Below are positions 14,405-29,864 of a stretch of DNA of 64,000 nt, piece after piece. Source of the stretch: the human T2T-CHM13v2.0 reference genome, Homo sapiens; assembly GCF_009914755.1 (NCBI RefSeq), contig NC_060931.1. One strand, given 5' to 3'. Position 1 is the first letter of the stretch; each line of letters begins with the position of its first letter. The notes below the pieces were generated by a model, which saw only the letters and a list, made by a program, of their open reading frames with translations, searched no databases and was not told where the DNA came from. The position numbers were made by a program, and so were the translations under genes.

Positions 14405-15349
14405 GTCAATAACAATATCAGGAAGTAAATACTAACAACTGAGTGGGTGGTATGGATAAATTGCTAGAGAAATTACAAGAAAGGAGTGATTACATAAATT
14501 GTTTTAGAACTCTGGGCTTTTCTCCATGAGGGATGGGAACGAATACTTTTACTGTCTTTGATGCGTTGGGCTCACTTAGCATTTTGCAGTGACTGGCCTC
14601 TGTAATTAAATATTTAGTCTTTAAGACTCATAATTCTGTACCAAAACACTATGAAGTAACCACTCAACCTTTCTTGATTTAAAGACTATTGCCTTGTCAT
14701 TCCTAACTTCACCTTTGTTATTAATAGAATAACCTGTAAGTTTTTCCAAAGATGCTGCTGTACTCTCTCATATTTATATCACAGTAATAGTTCTACAGCC
14801 CATAAATGTGGTCACCAGAAGTAAAAGCCTAGAAGTATGTTTAGGGTATTAGGAAGAGGAGATTAGCCTACCAACATTTTATTTAATATGAAAGGGTTGT
14901 CATGCATTCTGGAAGACATGCAATGTGCATGTCGAGAGTCTTGATGTAGAGGAGTACAGACTGTCATTAGACCTGGAACAAGTGAAAGGACAGAAAGGAG
15001 TGAAGGAGGAGGGTGACTCATGCTCTAGCAGGCTTTCTCTGCCTCCCAGGAGAAGAGGCTAGGCTGCCAAGAGTGAAAGGAAATGATGATAACAGAACAT
15101 ACATTATTGCAGGAGGTAGGATTGTGCTCGAACTGCCCTTAGCAGGCTATCTAAGGCTAGTGTATCTTCCACACTCACGGTATCCTAATTTTAATTTCTC
15201 TTCAGATTTGCCTTAAGGAATAGTTTAAATTTGCCTCCATATTTTCTCTACACCTGTCTTCTAATACACATAAATTTATTTGATGGTGACAAAGCATCTC
15301 CTTTCTTCTTTTTAGGTTGAGTCCTAATTATTTTCTTTCTTAAAAATTA

Positions 15350-15476
15350 ATAAACACTATCTGTTAGAGCAGTTATAAGGTCCCAGCTAAATTGAGTGGA
15401 AAGAACAGAGTTCCTGTGTGCCCTTGTCCCCACACATGCCCACCTTCCTCCAGTGTCGACATCCGTCAGCACAGTG
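15350..15476 (-). mobile_element. L1MC/MD 3' fragment
   Basis: tagagcagttataagg...aaattgagtggaaagaacagagttcc. Confidence 0.55.
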
Positions 15477-15699
15477 CAGCCTTCCATTTGACCCTTCTAG
15501 TGAACAGGCAGAGCATGTCCCTATGGTTACATAGGGACCGAGGACCTCTCATCGCTCACTCACACTCAAGCATAAATAGTCAACAAGGGCACAGGACTAG
15601 TGGCAGATTCTTTATGCTTGTATGAGTGAGAATGGAGAGCACTCTGCAGCAGCCGTGGGAAGGCTTTTCAGTCCTGCCCCAGTGGTCCACGCTCTCTTG

Positions 15700-15945
15700 A
15701 GAGACAGTATAGGGTGGCAGTGCAGAGTAGGTGGCTCTGGGCCCAAGTCACCTCCATTTAGATACCTAGCTCCCCAGCACTTGCTTTGTAACCTCCAGCA
15801 AGTTCCATGGTCTCTGTGCCTCTTTTTCCTTTTCTCTAAATGGGAATAAAAGTAACACTCCCTACTCCATGAGGTGGTTATGAAAATTAGGTGAGTTAAG
15901 CTAGGAAGTGTTTCAAAAAGTGTCTGACATATAGTGAATGCTATG
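15700..15945 (+). mobile_element. MIR
   Basis: MIR core ctctgtgcctctttttccttttctctaaatgggaataa. Confidence 0.6.
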
Positions 15946-17200
15946 CCTTTCTTCTTCTCCTCTATTTCTAGTACTGTGGTGTGACTTCAGAGTATTCACA
16001 CACATTCTGTTTGTCCTTTCTGTCATCTTTATATGGCTAAGCCCTCCTGAGCTTTCCAAGTTAAATTTAGGTATCGCTCATTTGGATGGGCTTCCCTGTT
16101 GGTCCCTCCTCTCTCAGCCTGTCACAAATACACACACATTCTGGGGTTGTGGCCCCTGCTGTGTGTTACTGCCACATCTTTAATGATGTTCTTCTGAGTA
16201 CTTTCCATACTGCATTGTGGAACAATGCTCTCTTGTTTGAGTTTGCCACGAAACTATAAGCTGCAAGAGCAAAATACTATTTTATTTCCTGTGCTTCTCA
16301 CAGCACCTGGTACAATAAATGTTTGATAAATACTGGTTGACTTAGTGACAGAATGAATGAGGACAGTTAGGATCTAAAATAGGATAGAGAGCACCATGGA
16401 GAGGCAGGAAGGGCCTGAAAGGAACCACTTTCAGCTTTACAGTTTTCCATTAGTCTTTAAGTTGAAGGCAAAGTAGAGGGTATACATATATGGTTTTGTC
16501 CTCTGCAGTTATAAGCTTTATTAAATAGAAATATTGCCCTTGAGCTCTCTGGCCCAGGACAAAACTACTGTATGTAATTGAAAAACATTTTAAAATCTAA
16601 GTGACAGAGGAATTTTACTCTGTGAGGATGGTTAATGGAGAAATCACTACAATCTAACTAGGAATTTTCCCATCCTTCAAAAAGTTAATTGAAATATGGG
16701 CTTTCAAGCACAAGTCGATTGAACTTACCAGTTTTCAGCAAGGAATATTTCTGGTTACAACAGAAGAAAAGTAATAGTTAGCAACCACATTATGTTCCTA
16801 ATAATCATTAAAAATACTTTAGGTGAGCTGACATATTACACACTTGGTGAGAGAATAAATCAGTGGACCAGTTTTTGTAAAAGTCTGATGGTGTTTCATT
16901 CAGGAGGAAAAGTTTCTCTGATGAATGCTTTTAACATTTCAACAGGAAAAAAGAGAAGAAAATCATACCTGTCTTCCATTAAAAACAGCTGTCCTTTTTC
17001 AGTTATTCCATTAATGACTGGTCCAAGGACCACAATGAGATCTGCATTTCAGCTTGTCCCTGAAAAGGCATAATTGAATAGTTCAGTCAAACCGTAAGAG
17101 ACTAAGGGAAGATTTTTGTTTCTTCTGTTAACACCATATAGCGGCAGGCTTTGCTTCCCAGTAATTTCGGTTCATACGTCAACTTTTCCTTCCGTTGCAG

Positions 17201-17370
17201 GGTAGCGGCGAAGAAATCCACCAGAAAGACAATCAAAGTAACATTAAAAAGCTCAAATTTTACAAAAGTTAAGTTCCTGCCAACATTTTCAATTTATCAT
17301 ACAATTAGAAATGTGACTCAGTCTAACAACACCCAAGAGGATAAAAGGATTAAAAAAATGAGATTTCTTT
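17201..17370 (+). other. EXOC4: Candidate alternative terminal exon of a short EXOC4 isoform (adds Gly then stop); 3' end uncertain
   Basis: Strong acceptor aacttttccttccgttgcag|GGTAG. Splicing from 13296 gives G|GG TAG. ATTAAA signals at 17243 and 17349. Fits my recollection of a ~473-aa annotated short isoform. Confidence 0.6.
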
Positions 17371-17924
17371 GGTGTTATCAATGCATCTCAATAGGCTCTA
17401 ACTGTTATGGTACAGATGGTTCATTATATAGTCTGCTGTTGGCAGTTGGGCTGCGGAGATGTGGGTGCTGCTTCAAAATGTGTGAGATACCAGGTGGAGA
17501 TCTAACTTGTGGGTGTGTCAGTGTTAATCATAGGCTTCCTGTGGTTTTAGTCTCTGCCGCTTCATTGTACTTAGCAGTGCTGGGAGTGAAGAAAGATACA
17601 AGTTTTAATGAACATTTTATTTGAATATAGCTTCTCAGGTTTAATGTATAATTCTTCAGGGGAATAGATAATTGATGAACACATTATCTGGTGAGGGTTA
17701 AAAAAAAACAAAAACAAAAAACAATCTAAAGACTACCACTCATGACCAAAATAAGCTCACAGGTTTATCAATGACATTCTGCCTCAGATTTCTCATAGGA
17801 AAAAATTAGAACTGTTTTCAGTCCTGACTACTTTAGGGGAATGTTGTGACTATTAACTTAAATATTAAATTATTAGTATTAGAAATTTCTAAATTAGAAA
17901 CATTAGATTAGCAATGTTGATTTA

Positions 17925-18314
<390 letters not shown>

Positions 18315-20584
18315 TTAAAAAGTATCATCATGGAGTTAAGGGTGCTGCATCTACTTCGTTACTTCCCATTTTCTCTTCAACTCCAGTCCACTGAGTTAGC
18401 TCTCCTCCAAGTCACCAGTGACCTCTGCTTGGTAGACTTAATATTAGCTTTTTCTGACATTCATTTCACTTGATCTTTCCGCTGTTTTTCTTTTCTTATC
18501 CTCATGTTCTTTCTGAGTCTTGTCAAAAGCCTGTTGGAGTATCTCATGATTTGGTCCTGGGATTTCTTCTGTGCTGACTTTGTAGACTCTCCCCAGATGA
18601 TCTCAGCCAAGACCAAGCTTCACTCAGTGCCCGAGCACAGCTGACCTCCATGTCTGTGTCTCCTGCCCTTTTCTCATTGTTGTCTAACCTTTTCTAGCAT
18701 CCCGTCTCCCTACAATATAATTCTTTATCACAATATTTAAAAAAATTTTCTCATTGTACTTTTCTTAATATGTACATGTCTTTTTTAACTTTGTTAACTT
18801 CCTTCACTTCCCTTGACCCAGAGTGCAAGCCTTATTCACGGGTACATTTCAGTACCTAGGATAATGCTTGGCTTGAATTAGGCGCTTTAAGACATATATG
18901 ATGAACACATATGATTCTATCTTTAATATCTCCTTATTTGTAGGTACAAGCCCACTTATTTGAGAAACCCTAGTGGTTGTTTAAATAAACAGACTGGGAG
19001 TCCTGTGATTTGTCTTTTCTCATTTTTAAGGATAATAAAACTCATGAATGAGTAAGAGTATATTAATTGCCATTGATTCAAATAGAAATGTATACTCAAT
19101 TTCCATTATGTTTTCTTTTCTATCTCGGGGCTACTTAATACTTTTGTTTTTATTCAATGATATTACCTTTAGAGTGCCATTTTTATTTCCATTAGTTTAA
19201 TGAGTGGCCTTTCTATAGCCCTGACATTAAAATGTTCTGTAAATCTCCAACCACTTGAGACCTCACTTCTTTAAGATGATTTGCATTACATAGTAAATAT
19301 GGACATACTGGCATAGGTAAAAAAGCTCTTATACTGGCCTAACCTGAATTTTCTGAGTTTTTCTCTCTAATGGGTTGTCGGTGACTGGGATTGTGAATAC
19401 TTGTATGTAATTAATCTCTTCGGGGGTGTCTTGCCTTAAGAAAAGACAGTATTTGAGATAGATTCACTCTGAGTTGATTATCCATTTTTACTAAAAGGAT
19501 TTATAATAGGAGTCTCTTATATAGCAAGCTGTTCTATAATGGAGCATTTAAGGCAATATTTCACTTTTGCACACATTTTCAGGGTCACTTTGATTGAAGT
19601 GAGGTGCATTATTTTGTATAGCAATATTATGCTTATGACATATATTTGTTCTGCAGCCTTAAATATAAGAAGCACTTTCAAAACTTTATACCCTGAAGTT
19701 TGATTAGAAAATTCTTTGTTGCCTTCTAGAATTTGCTTAATGACTTCATTAATAACTATGCAACAATATGCAGGGAACATGAAAAAAAGTACATTTTTCT
19801 TCTGAAAATTGCATATAATTATTACAAAATAACTTTTAATCTTTCATAGTCATCTTTTCTGTTTTAGCCTCTAAAATAGTGTTTAAAAATTGATTCCCCT
19901 TTTCTTCATGGATTTATATTCTTGCTTTTTTTTAAAAGAATGACCTTAACTTACTTATATGTAAGATTTGTCTTATAATAAAGTTATAATAGAATTTTTA
20001 CAAATGCTCATTTCTTTGTCTATCCCTAAGACATTGTAACTAATAAATATACTTTCCTCAAGTCATGAACAGATTGCATTATTTCAAATCATTTAGGAAA
20101 TAAAAATATTCTTATGCCAAGATTGTTATCAAGTGTACTACTTTTTAGCCTTAATTGATGTAGACATTTATTTAAAAATATTCTTTAGTTATGGATTTAC
20201 TTTATATAAGTTGGATTTGTTTTCTGAATAAATCTGATCCATGCAGTATTTTGTCTAGCCAGTAGACAAACCATGCATAGCTGAACCATATGGAAGAGCC
20301 TGGAATTTATGGTAAAATGGATCTTGAGAATACAAAATAACCATCACAAAGCCCATTACTCAGTGAAGCCTAAGAACCTCGCTCTTGAGATATGATACTT
20401 GGTCATCACACAGAACCAGTTGATGACATCTAACCTTATTTCTAAAAATATTCTATTCATTCATACAGATGTGAGAAAAGAAGGAATGCTGGTAAATGAA
20501 ACGTAATGTATTTGAGTTTTAAAAGTTGAACAAATGCATTTCTCTACATTTATATTATATGGTTTTTTAAAAAAGCCAAATTTA

Positions 20585-20893
<309 letters not shown>

Positions 20894-21639
20894 ACGAAAT
20901 TTGTGTAAAAAGTTTTTGTTTTCAGAACAAAAACTTCTGAAATGATGCAACAGGGAAATTTAAAAGTTAACTTATATCTCATATTTTCAATTATTTGGTT
21001 CACATTGGTTTTTTAATAAGGTAAAAATAACAGCTTTGCTCATCTTATTAGACATTTTTTAGGCCCACAAGAAAGTATATTTTTGGCTATTCTAATAGTT
21101 TATATAATACCACTCATTATGAGTTAAGCCTTGTTAAAATATGGAGAAGACCACAAACATTTATGGCATATGGTAAAGAAAGTAATTATTAGAAACAGAT
21201 GAAAATACTAAATAATGAATTTATTATTGTCCCAATAAACACAATTCATAAGATAATTTTATATTTGAAAATGAAGTTTGGATCCTTTTAGGAATACTAA
21301 TAGTATCAATAGAAATTTTCCTTTATGAAGGGAGCTATTAATTAACAAAATTCAGAAGAAATTTATGTAAACATGCAGGTAATGTGATATCTGGAAAATA
21401 AAACAGTAGATTTTAGTGCTAGAAAGTGCTTTAGAACTCATAGTCTAGTGCTTTTTAAATTCATTTTTAGTTATAGAACTCTTCTTCTATTTAATCTTAT
21501 TTCACAGTTCAAGGTAGACAACAGGTAAAAGTGGAGATAGTTTAACAAAGTGGGGGTGAGGATTCAACCTCACTTCATCTTTTTCTTTTTCCTTCCTCTG
21601 TGTGGGCACCCAGGGTACTATTTAAAACACTAAAGACTC

Positions 21640-22480
21640 AGAGGCAGACATATGGAAATATTATATGAGGGAGAAATGACTTTACAAAGTTTAGGAAGAG
21701 GACAGACCAGTCAATAAAGAATGGTGAGACAATTGATCATGCATATAGGAAAAAAACAAAGAAATTGGATTTGTACCTCATATCATTTAGGGAAATAAAT
21801 TTCCAATAGGTTGATAACTCAAATGTGAAAGGCAAACCTATTCAGAATGTTCATAGCAACATTGTTTTAGTAGCAAAAACCGAGAAACAGCTCAAATGCC
21901 CATAGAAAGAAGGATGGATATGTAAGTTGTTGTAGAGTCACAAAGTAGAATACTATGTAGCAATGAAAATGAATGAACTATGCTATACATTGAGTTGGTT
22001 GAATCTCAAAGGTAGTCATATAAGAAAATATTAGATAATATATTAGAAATTAGATTATATATAGAAATGTAAACATTTATAATGTAATATATATAAAATC
22101 TCTATATAAAGTCTAATATAAATCTAATATCTTACACATGTAAACTTAATATGTAATATATATGAATCTAATATATCTAATATATTTAATATATATAAAA
22201 TCTAATGTCATTTGTATGAAGGTCAGAAGCAGGCAGAACTGAATAGCCTATTTCATAGGAATATATCCTGTGTGATAAAAAAATGAAGAAGGTAAGGGCA
22301 TAAATATAAAAGTCAAGGAAAACATCACCTCTGGAGAGGATGGAGGAGGGTTGTAACCAAAGAGAGGATCTCGTGGGGATTCAAAGATCCTAGTAATGTT
22401 CTCTTTCTTAAGCTGTTACAGAAATACTGTTGTTTTATTCTTTTAAAAACTGTACAAATGTCATATGCACTCATACATTT
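21640..22480 (+). mobile_element. Old L1M (ME/MD) fragments with an internal AT-rich expansion
   Basis: agaatgttcatagcaacattg...gaatactatgtagcaatgaaaatgaatgaact resembles the L1 3' region. Confidence 0.65.
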
Positions 22481-22959
22481 CATAAAATGTACAGATATAA
22501 ACAATTTTTTAAGAAGCCTCTTAAAGCTTTAGAGACAAAACCATGTATGTAGTTTAATGTTCCTGTTTAGAAATCGAGAACAAATGTGGAGTTTTCTGGA
22601 CAGCAGCACTTTTGTTGCAACTCCTGGTATGTGCCAAAGCTGTGAACTACCCCTGAACGAGTACTGTACCTTAAGTCGTCCATGAGAAGGCATCTTTGTG
22701 GTTAGAAGAGTTTCCTCCCAACTTACCTGCTCCCTCCATCATCCTCCATCTGGGATGTCAGACACCTAACATTAATTGGAGTCAGCAGCGATTATACTTT
22801 TGTTTCCTGTGTTAAGGGACTTTCTGTTTATTTGTTAATCCTGTATAGGTTTATTGTATGTTTACTTGTGCTGGATACTTCACTAGGCCCTCAGGATAAA
22901 ATAATGAACAGGACTGCCTTTGAAGGCCAAAAGAAAAGAAAGGGACCATAAATGTGTCA

Positions 22960-23465
22960 CTTATATGGTCACCTGCCTCCCAGCATTTGTTCTCCCTTTC
23001 CTCCAAATTCATAGAGTCCCTGATATTTCGCTAGTCACAGGGCCACCCAAAATAGGAACATTTCTAACTTGCCTTGCAGCCAACATGGACGTGTAATTTA
23101 ATTCTGGCTAATAGGATGTGATTGAAAGTAATGTGTGTAACTTTGGGTCATTCTCTTATTGGGAAGAAAGAGGCTGTCTTTCTCTCCCAGCCCAGCCTGT
23201 GTGTGAAGGTGTGGATATGAATGGAATGTGGTAAGTCCTCCTAGACCATGCAGGTGAGGCAGCACTGAAGGAAAGCTACAACAACAAGACAGAGGGGGCC
23301 TGGGTTTCTGATACTGTGTAGTGCCATACCTCAGTAACTTCCTGGACCAGAGTCACCGCATCATCCCGGACTTCTGCATGAGAGATGAGTAAACTCTGAC
23401 TTGTTAATTCACTAGTGTTTTGATTCATGTTACATGCAGTCCTACTTATATCCCAGTTAATTCAG
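22960..23465. mobile_element. MLT1-type LTR (degenerate)
   Basis: ttctggctaataggatgtgattgaaagtaatgtgtgtaactt-type motifs. Confidence 0.5.
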
Positions 23466-24819
23466 CAGGAACACAAGTGATCACAGCTCTGTGATACACA
23501 CTATCACGGAGTTGTGTGTATGTATATAGACAACTGGGATGCATATACAAGTTCTGGGAAAGGCAGGGAGGCATCTATAAGTATTTAAAGCTTAAACTCG
23601 GTTATAACAGATGAAGAGAAGTTTTCCAGGTAAAGAAATTGAGGCAAGCATTTCAGGCATCAGGCACAGTATGGGTAAATGTATGAAAGTATGAGAGTAT
23701 AGGCTCTTCTCTCATCAGAGTTTCACAACATGAATCGGATATTTTTCTACTAATTAAGGAACTCAGTTTATATATACAGATTTTTACTGATTATAATTTG
23801 TTACTTTCAGGAGTCAGATGAAAGTACATCAAAGCTATTATGAATGGCTTTGGCCATTGTTCATCCTAGTAAGAGATTAAGAATTGATAAGAACCAATGG
23901 TGTACTGGTGATATGGGAAAATAAAGGTCATTATTATACCTGAGCAAAGAATAAATGTAATCACATACAGGATTTTCCGAGTATTGTTCAAGTGTTGTAG
24001 CTATGCAGCTTTATTATTAAAAATTCTATAGGAAAAAATAACTTTGTTTTAAATGCACTTATTATAGCATATTATATTAGACTCTGCATGGTAGCTGAGG
24101 CTGGAAATATTGGTAGGGCCCACGGCACAACCTATTTCTAAAGTACCTTGCGTTAAAAATAGAATGTTCAGCTTGAACTGCAAGTGATCATGATGGCAGC
24201 CTGGTTCTATATGGAGATTGCAGAGCTCTGTGTGCTCACATCTGATTTCCAGCTTGTAATTTTGGTGTGGATGAAAATATGCATTAAGTTACTTTTGGCT
24301 TCTCCACAATTTTAAACTGGAAAAGCCCATATTACAGTAATATATGATAGTATGTATGAATGCGACATGAATATTGTAATAGTCATAATATAGGATGTTC
24401 ATTCCTAGAATTGTGATGACATCTACTGAATTGCAGCCAGTAATTTGCATATTCATGCCCACTTAGCTCAAATAAGTCCCTGTTTGTTTGCACATTAATG
24501 TCTGATTTCAGCACCAGCTAACTCATTTACATATCCTGTTCAGTTGGTTAGTGATGTTCATATGTGGAATATTGGTGCAGCTCTGTTTGGGCTTTGAGTA
24601 GCTTGGGGTTTAGTAGAAGGATCACCTGTTACTCATCCTAGCTTTTCTAGGCAAGGCACTTTACTTTTCTGAGCTCTAGGTTATTCATCTGTGTAATGAA
24701 GTTAATGCTGGTTAGTTCTTAGGGCTGTCATATCAGTTGACACACTGGAGGTTATGGTGTACAGTCAACATTTCTAGGCCAACTATATTCTGGGGCCTGT
24801 TCCTGGAACATTTTCTGCG

Positions 24820-25545
24820 TGCAGAGGGGTTCTAGATGCTGTAGAAGATAAGACATGCAAACAGTCACAGTTTCAGTGAATATTAGAAGTACTTTGGGGA
24901 GTACAGAAGAGAAAACACTTAACATTTTCAAGGGAAGTCATAGGAGGTATTACAAAGGTGGAATTCTTACGCCGAACTGGTAAGATGAGTTGACCACACT
25001 GAACAAAGGAAGGGAACTCGCGGCAAGTAGGGAGAAGATGTGGATGAACACACAGATGTTTGAGAATCTCATGGAACTGGAAATATTTTATTGTGGTTAA
25101 GCATAAAGTGTATGGGGAAGATTGAACATAGACATGGAAGACTGGTAGGCAGATCTCAAAAGACCTGGTATGCCATAGCAAGAAGGTTCGGTTTTTGTCC
25201 TGCGGGTGATAAGGAGTCCTCCAAAGGTTTAAAGTAGGAGAGTCGCATAATGAAATGTGCATTTTAGAAAATGTTTTCTGATGACTGTGTGGAGAATGAA
25301 TTGAGTGGAATGAGAGTGTAGACAAAGAGGCAAGTTTTGTTATTTCAGGTGAGAGCTCATAGAAGAATTCTTAGGTGAGGTGGGAAGTGACCCAGAACCT
25401 ATTTTGGAGGTACAATCAGTTGGACATGGTGACTCATTCTGTGTGGTGTTTCAGCAAGAAGAGATGTATTTTGGTGTCTTGGGTAGGTAATGATGTCATT
25501 TGTTAAGACAGGAAATATAAAAAGAGGAGTAGTTTTTATGGAGTG
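24820..25545 (-). mobile_element. L2 fragment
   Basis: tgaaatgtgcattttagaaaatg...ctgtgtggagaatg...caggtgagag resembles antisense L2. Confidence 0.6.
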
Positions 25546-26281
25546 TTAGATAGGGGTAAAGATAGCATTTCATTATGTATGCTTTTATGGTTCTCTTTTG
25601 GTTGTGTTTAGTTCTGTCTAATCTAATCTAGCCCAATATAATTTTACTACATAGTCTAATCTTTTATCTTTCCCTCAAGTGTAAGGCTTTCAGCAGTTTG
25701 TGATTACTCATAACCATTCCTCTTCTCAAGTTCAGAGTAATGGAGTTACGGTTTTCTTCCATCCCTTTTCCTCTTTTTATTTTTTAATTGCAAATACTAC
25801 TTTCTTTTTTTTCTAGGCTTTCGTTGATGTATTAGTTTTAGTGCCCACTTTAGTCTCTTAAGAATATGAATTCTTTAATTTTTATTCCTTGATGTACCCT
25901 GTATTTTTATTATTAAAATCAAACTATTAGCGATGTCTCTTGATAACTTGCTCTGACTTTGTGCAAGTCACTTAACCAGTTTTCTCAGTTGTAAAAGGAA
26001 GAAGGTAAATGATTTTTTTTTTTTGAATCTCATTTATCTCCAAAGCTCTAGGTTCTTGGATTATCAGTCACTTGCCCACTATATGTTCCTCACAGCAGAG
26101 TCTGGGGACTAGTTAGAGGTTCGGAGTGTGGTCTCTGGAATTTGGCTTACTACCTAGGTGACTTTGGGCACAGTAACTCCTTCTATGTGTCACATTCATT
26201 TTCTTAAACTGTGAATATAATATACCTAACCTCATAGGGCCATAGTGATGACGAAATGAGTTAACACATGTAAAATGTTTA

Positions 26282-26605
<324 letters not shown>

Positions 26606-27279
26606 AAAACTGTGCCTGGCACATATTAAGTACAGATAAATGTTAACAACTATTATTTTACCCGTAACCTGTAGCACCTGGCATCATTCGTCACACATAG
26701 GAGGCACTCAGTAAATGTTTTTTTAAATTAATGAACCAATAAGCCTGTTAGTGAACAAGTAAGTTCTAGTAGTATCTCTTAGAATGGTCCCTAGAAACTC
26801 CTCCCCCCACCCCCATTTTTCCTGTTTTCTTCTCTGACAGAAGTCTTTCTAGACTGTTGAGAAAATGTGTTTACCTCAGAGATTGTCCCAATCTTGTAAT
26901 GTTAAGTGACATCCATTTTGAGAATGTAGTTGTGATTCACATATACCTCTAACTAAGAGGGCCACACTTGGTGACCTTTAGTGAATTTGTCTTTCTGGCC
27001 TATATTCACCCCAGAGATAAATATTAATGGCCATGATGAACGTGGCCATTTTTCTTCAAAACCATTTGATCTGCAGTGGCACGAACTCTAAATTTTACTA
27101 CACAAATAATTTAGGACGGTTGGAATATGGCTAGTAAAGAGGTTAAAAGGGAAAGGACAGCCCTTCTATTTATGAATTAATGGCAGCTGAAAATTTGGCA
27201 TTGTTTTATGTACATTATTGTTTTGCCTTCCTCTTGCCTCCAGTTTGACATCACTTTCTTGCTGCTTGTGAAAACAAAA

Positions 27280-27476
27280 ATAAAAATGCAGTTGTAATCC
27301 TTTAACGGATTGGGTAATACGTTGGTGAGGGAGAGCTTCTTTCTTCAAGTCTATCTACAGATTGGAAAGCTGACCTCTTCAGAAGTACCCTTATAGACAC
27401 ACTCAGAAATAATGCTTTACTAGCTCTGTGAGCGTCCCTAGCACAGTCAAGTTGACATATAAAGGTAACCATCACA
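27280..27476 (-). mobile_element. MLT2 (ERVL) LTR fragment
   Basis: Reverse complement begins TGTGATGGTTACCTTTATATGTCAACTTGACTG, resembling an MLT2 5' end. Confidence 0.7.
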
Positions 27477-28071
27477 GAAACAAAGTTTGAAAAAAAAAGG
27501 TTACAGCTGATCTGAAAGGGAAATTTTTGACTTGGCTTAGAAAGCAAGCAATAAATTGTTTATGGATATCATTCCCCACAACATGTCTGCTGAAAGAGGA
27601 CTGATAAAAGCAAGGCAATTGATGGGATGAATCATTCACTCATTTATGATTATCTACCATTTCTAGATTATAGGAATGTTATTGAGGACCATTAACTCCA
27701 TATCCACTTAAATATGTCATGAATCATTTTTTAAAATTTCTCAAGACAAGAACTTTTTCCATAAGAATTCTTTAACATGTAAATTGAGTGGTTGACTATC
27801 ATTTCTAAATTATGGTATTCACCCTAACACAATAGATGTAGTTGCCCTAAAATAGATACAGAATTTGGTCTAACTTATTCTAACCAATTGAAATCCTTTG
27901 TCATCCCCAAATTATAATCAGTATGATCTTCTTTTTACTGTCACTTCCAGGACATTTTTTAGGCAAGTATAATGCCCAAGAGGAATAATTAGCTCTTTTT
28001 AAGTAACTTCTACTTTTCTATCTGTTTTAGATGGTTTCTGTTTAGTTATTAGCCATATTTGTTGCATTTTA

Positions 28072-28495
<424 letters not shown>

Positions 28496-28539
28496 TTATT
28501 TATTAATATTATTATTACACTTTAATTAGATTTCACTTA

Positions 28540-29150
28540 TTATTGAGGTGAATGTACCTGCAGTGAAGTGTGTAATGTGCACTCATCTTAAATGTACAGC
28601 TAAATTCTTGCACATATGTATTCCCATATAACTACCACCCAGAAGATTTCCTATGCTTCTTAACACTCCCTGAGGGTCAACACTATTCTGATTTCTAACT
28701 CTATCTCTTAGTTTTACCTATTCTTTAAATAAATAGAATCATACTCTGTTTTGTGTTTCTGGCTTCTGTAACTCAACAAAATGTCTGGCACATTCATTCT
28801 TGTGGATTTGCATATCAGTTTTTATTATTGCATAGTATTTTATTCTATGACTATAGGACAATTCATTCATTCACCTTTTAATGGACTTTCATCGTTTCCA
28901 CTTTGGGGCTACTATAGATAATTCTCCTATGAACAGTTGTATTACAAATGCACTAATTTCTCGTGGGAATATACCTAGGAATGGAATTGTTGGTTCATAA
29001 CATAGGCATGTGTTTGGCTTTAGGAGATACAAGGATTTTACCATTATAGAAATTGATAAGAAATTGTATGACAATATCAGTTGCTTTACATTCTCACTAA
29101 TGTATTTTTATGGGCTCAAATTTTTACCATTCTCTTGAGTGTGTAGTATA
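28540..29150 (-). mobile_element. L1ME-type 3' fragment
   Basis: gggaatatacctaggaatggaattgttggttcata resembles antisense L1. Confidence 0.7.
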
Positions 29151-29291
29151 CCTTCTTTTTTTTTAAAGAAAAAGAGTCTAAGCTTTCCTTACTTCTGCTA
29201 CTCTTCCCCTGCCCCCATACTGGCAGGAATTTCTGGATATGATTATTTGCTATACAGACTATCTGCCAATTTACTGATTTACAGTACAGCA

Positions 29292-29618
29292 TTTTTTGTT
29301 GTTGTTGTTGGTTTTTTTTGAGATGCGGTCTTGCTCTGTCCCCCAGGCTGGAGTGCAGTGCACCGGTGTGATCATAACTCACTGCAGCCTTGATCTCCTG
29401 GACATCAGGTGATCTTCCTGCCTTAGCCTCCCAAGTAGCTAGGAACACAGGTGTGCACCACCGCATGCACCATCACACCTGGCCAATTTTAACTTTTTTA
29501 TTGAGACAAGGTCTCACTTTTTTGCTGAGGCTGGTCTCAAGCTCCTGGCCTCAAACAGTCCTCCTGCCTCAGCTTCCCAAAGCACTGGGGTTATAGGCTT
29601 GAGCCACTGCACCCAGCC
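29292..29618 (-). mobile_element. Alu (AluJ-like)
   Basis: Antisense dimer with (GTT)n tail. Confidence 0.92.
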
Positions 29619-29864
29619 AATATAGTTTTTCATAGTTCAGTGATCTTGTATTCCTTCTAGAAGAAGTCCTGATCATGTTCATACAGTTTCTACCCAGAAT
29701 TCTTTAGCGGCTTTTCTTACTAGAAATCACCTACCATATTTCTTCGCACCTTCGAGGTGGAAGATAAAGGTATCTCCTCTCTTTCAACTTTTTGTAATTT
29801 TTTGGCCAGTGGTTTTCTATTTTGAATGATCTTTTTATTGCATGTTTCTTACTGATATTCCCAC

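Noticed and set aside
17151-17624. 157-aa ORF
   Set aside because: It has a non-ATG start and no recognisable protein features. It overlaps the candidate terminal exon in a different frame from the EXOC4 stop and is likely a chance ORF.
24873-25325. 150-aa minus-strand ORF
   Set aside because: It lies in a degenerate L2 and has no recognisable domain.
25335-25355. ttttgttatttcag|gtgaga as a recursive splice site
   Set aside because: It sits in an L2 where caggtgagag is consensus-like, and the pyrimidine tract is short.
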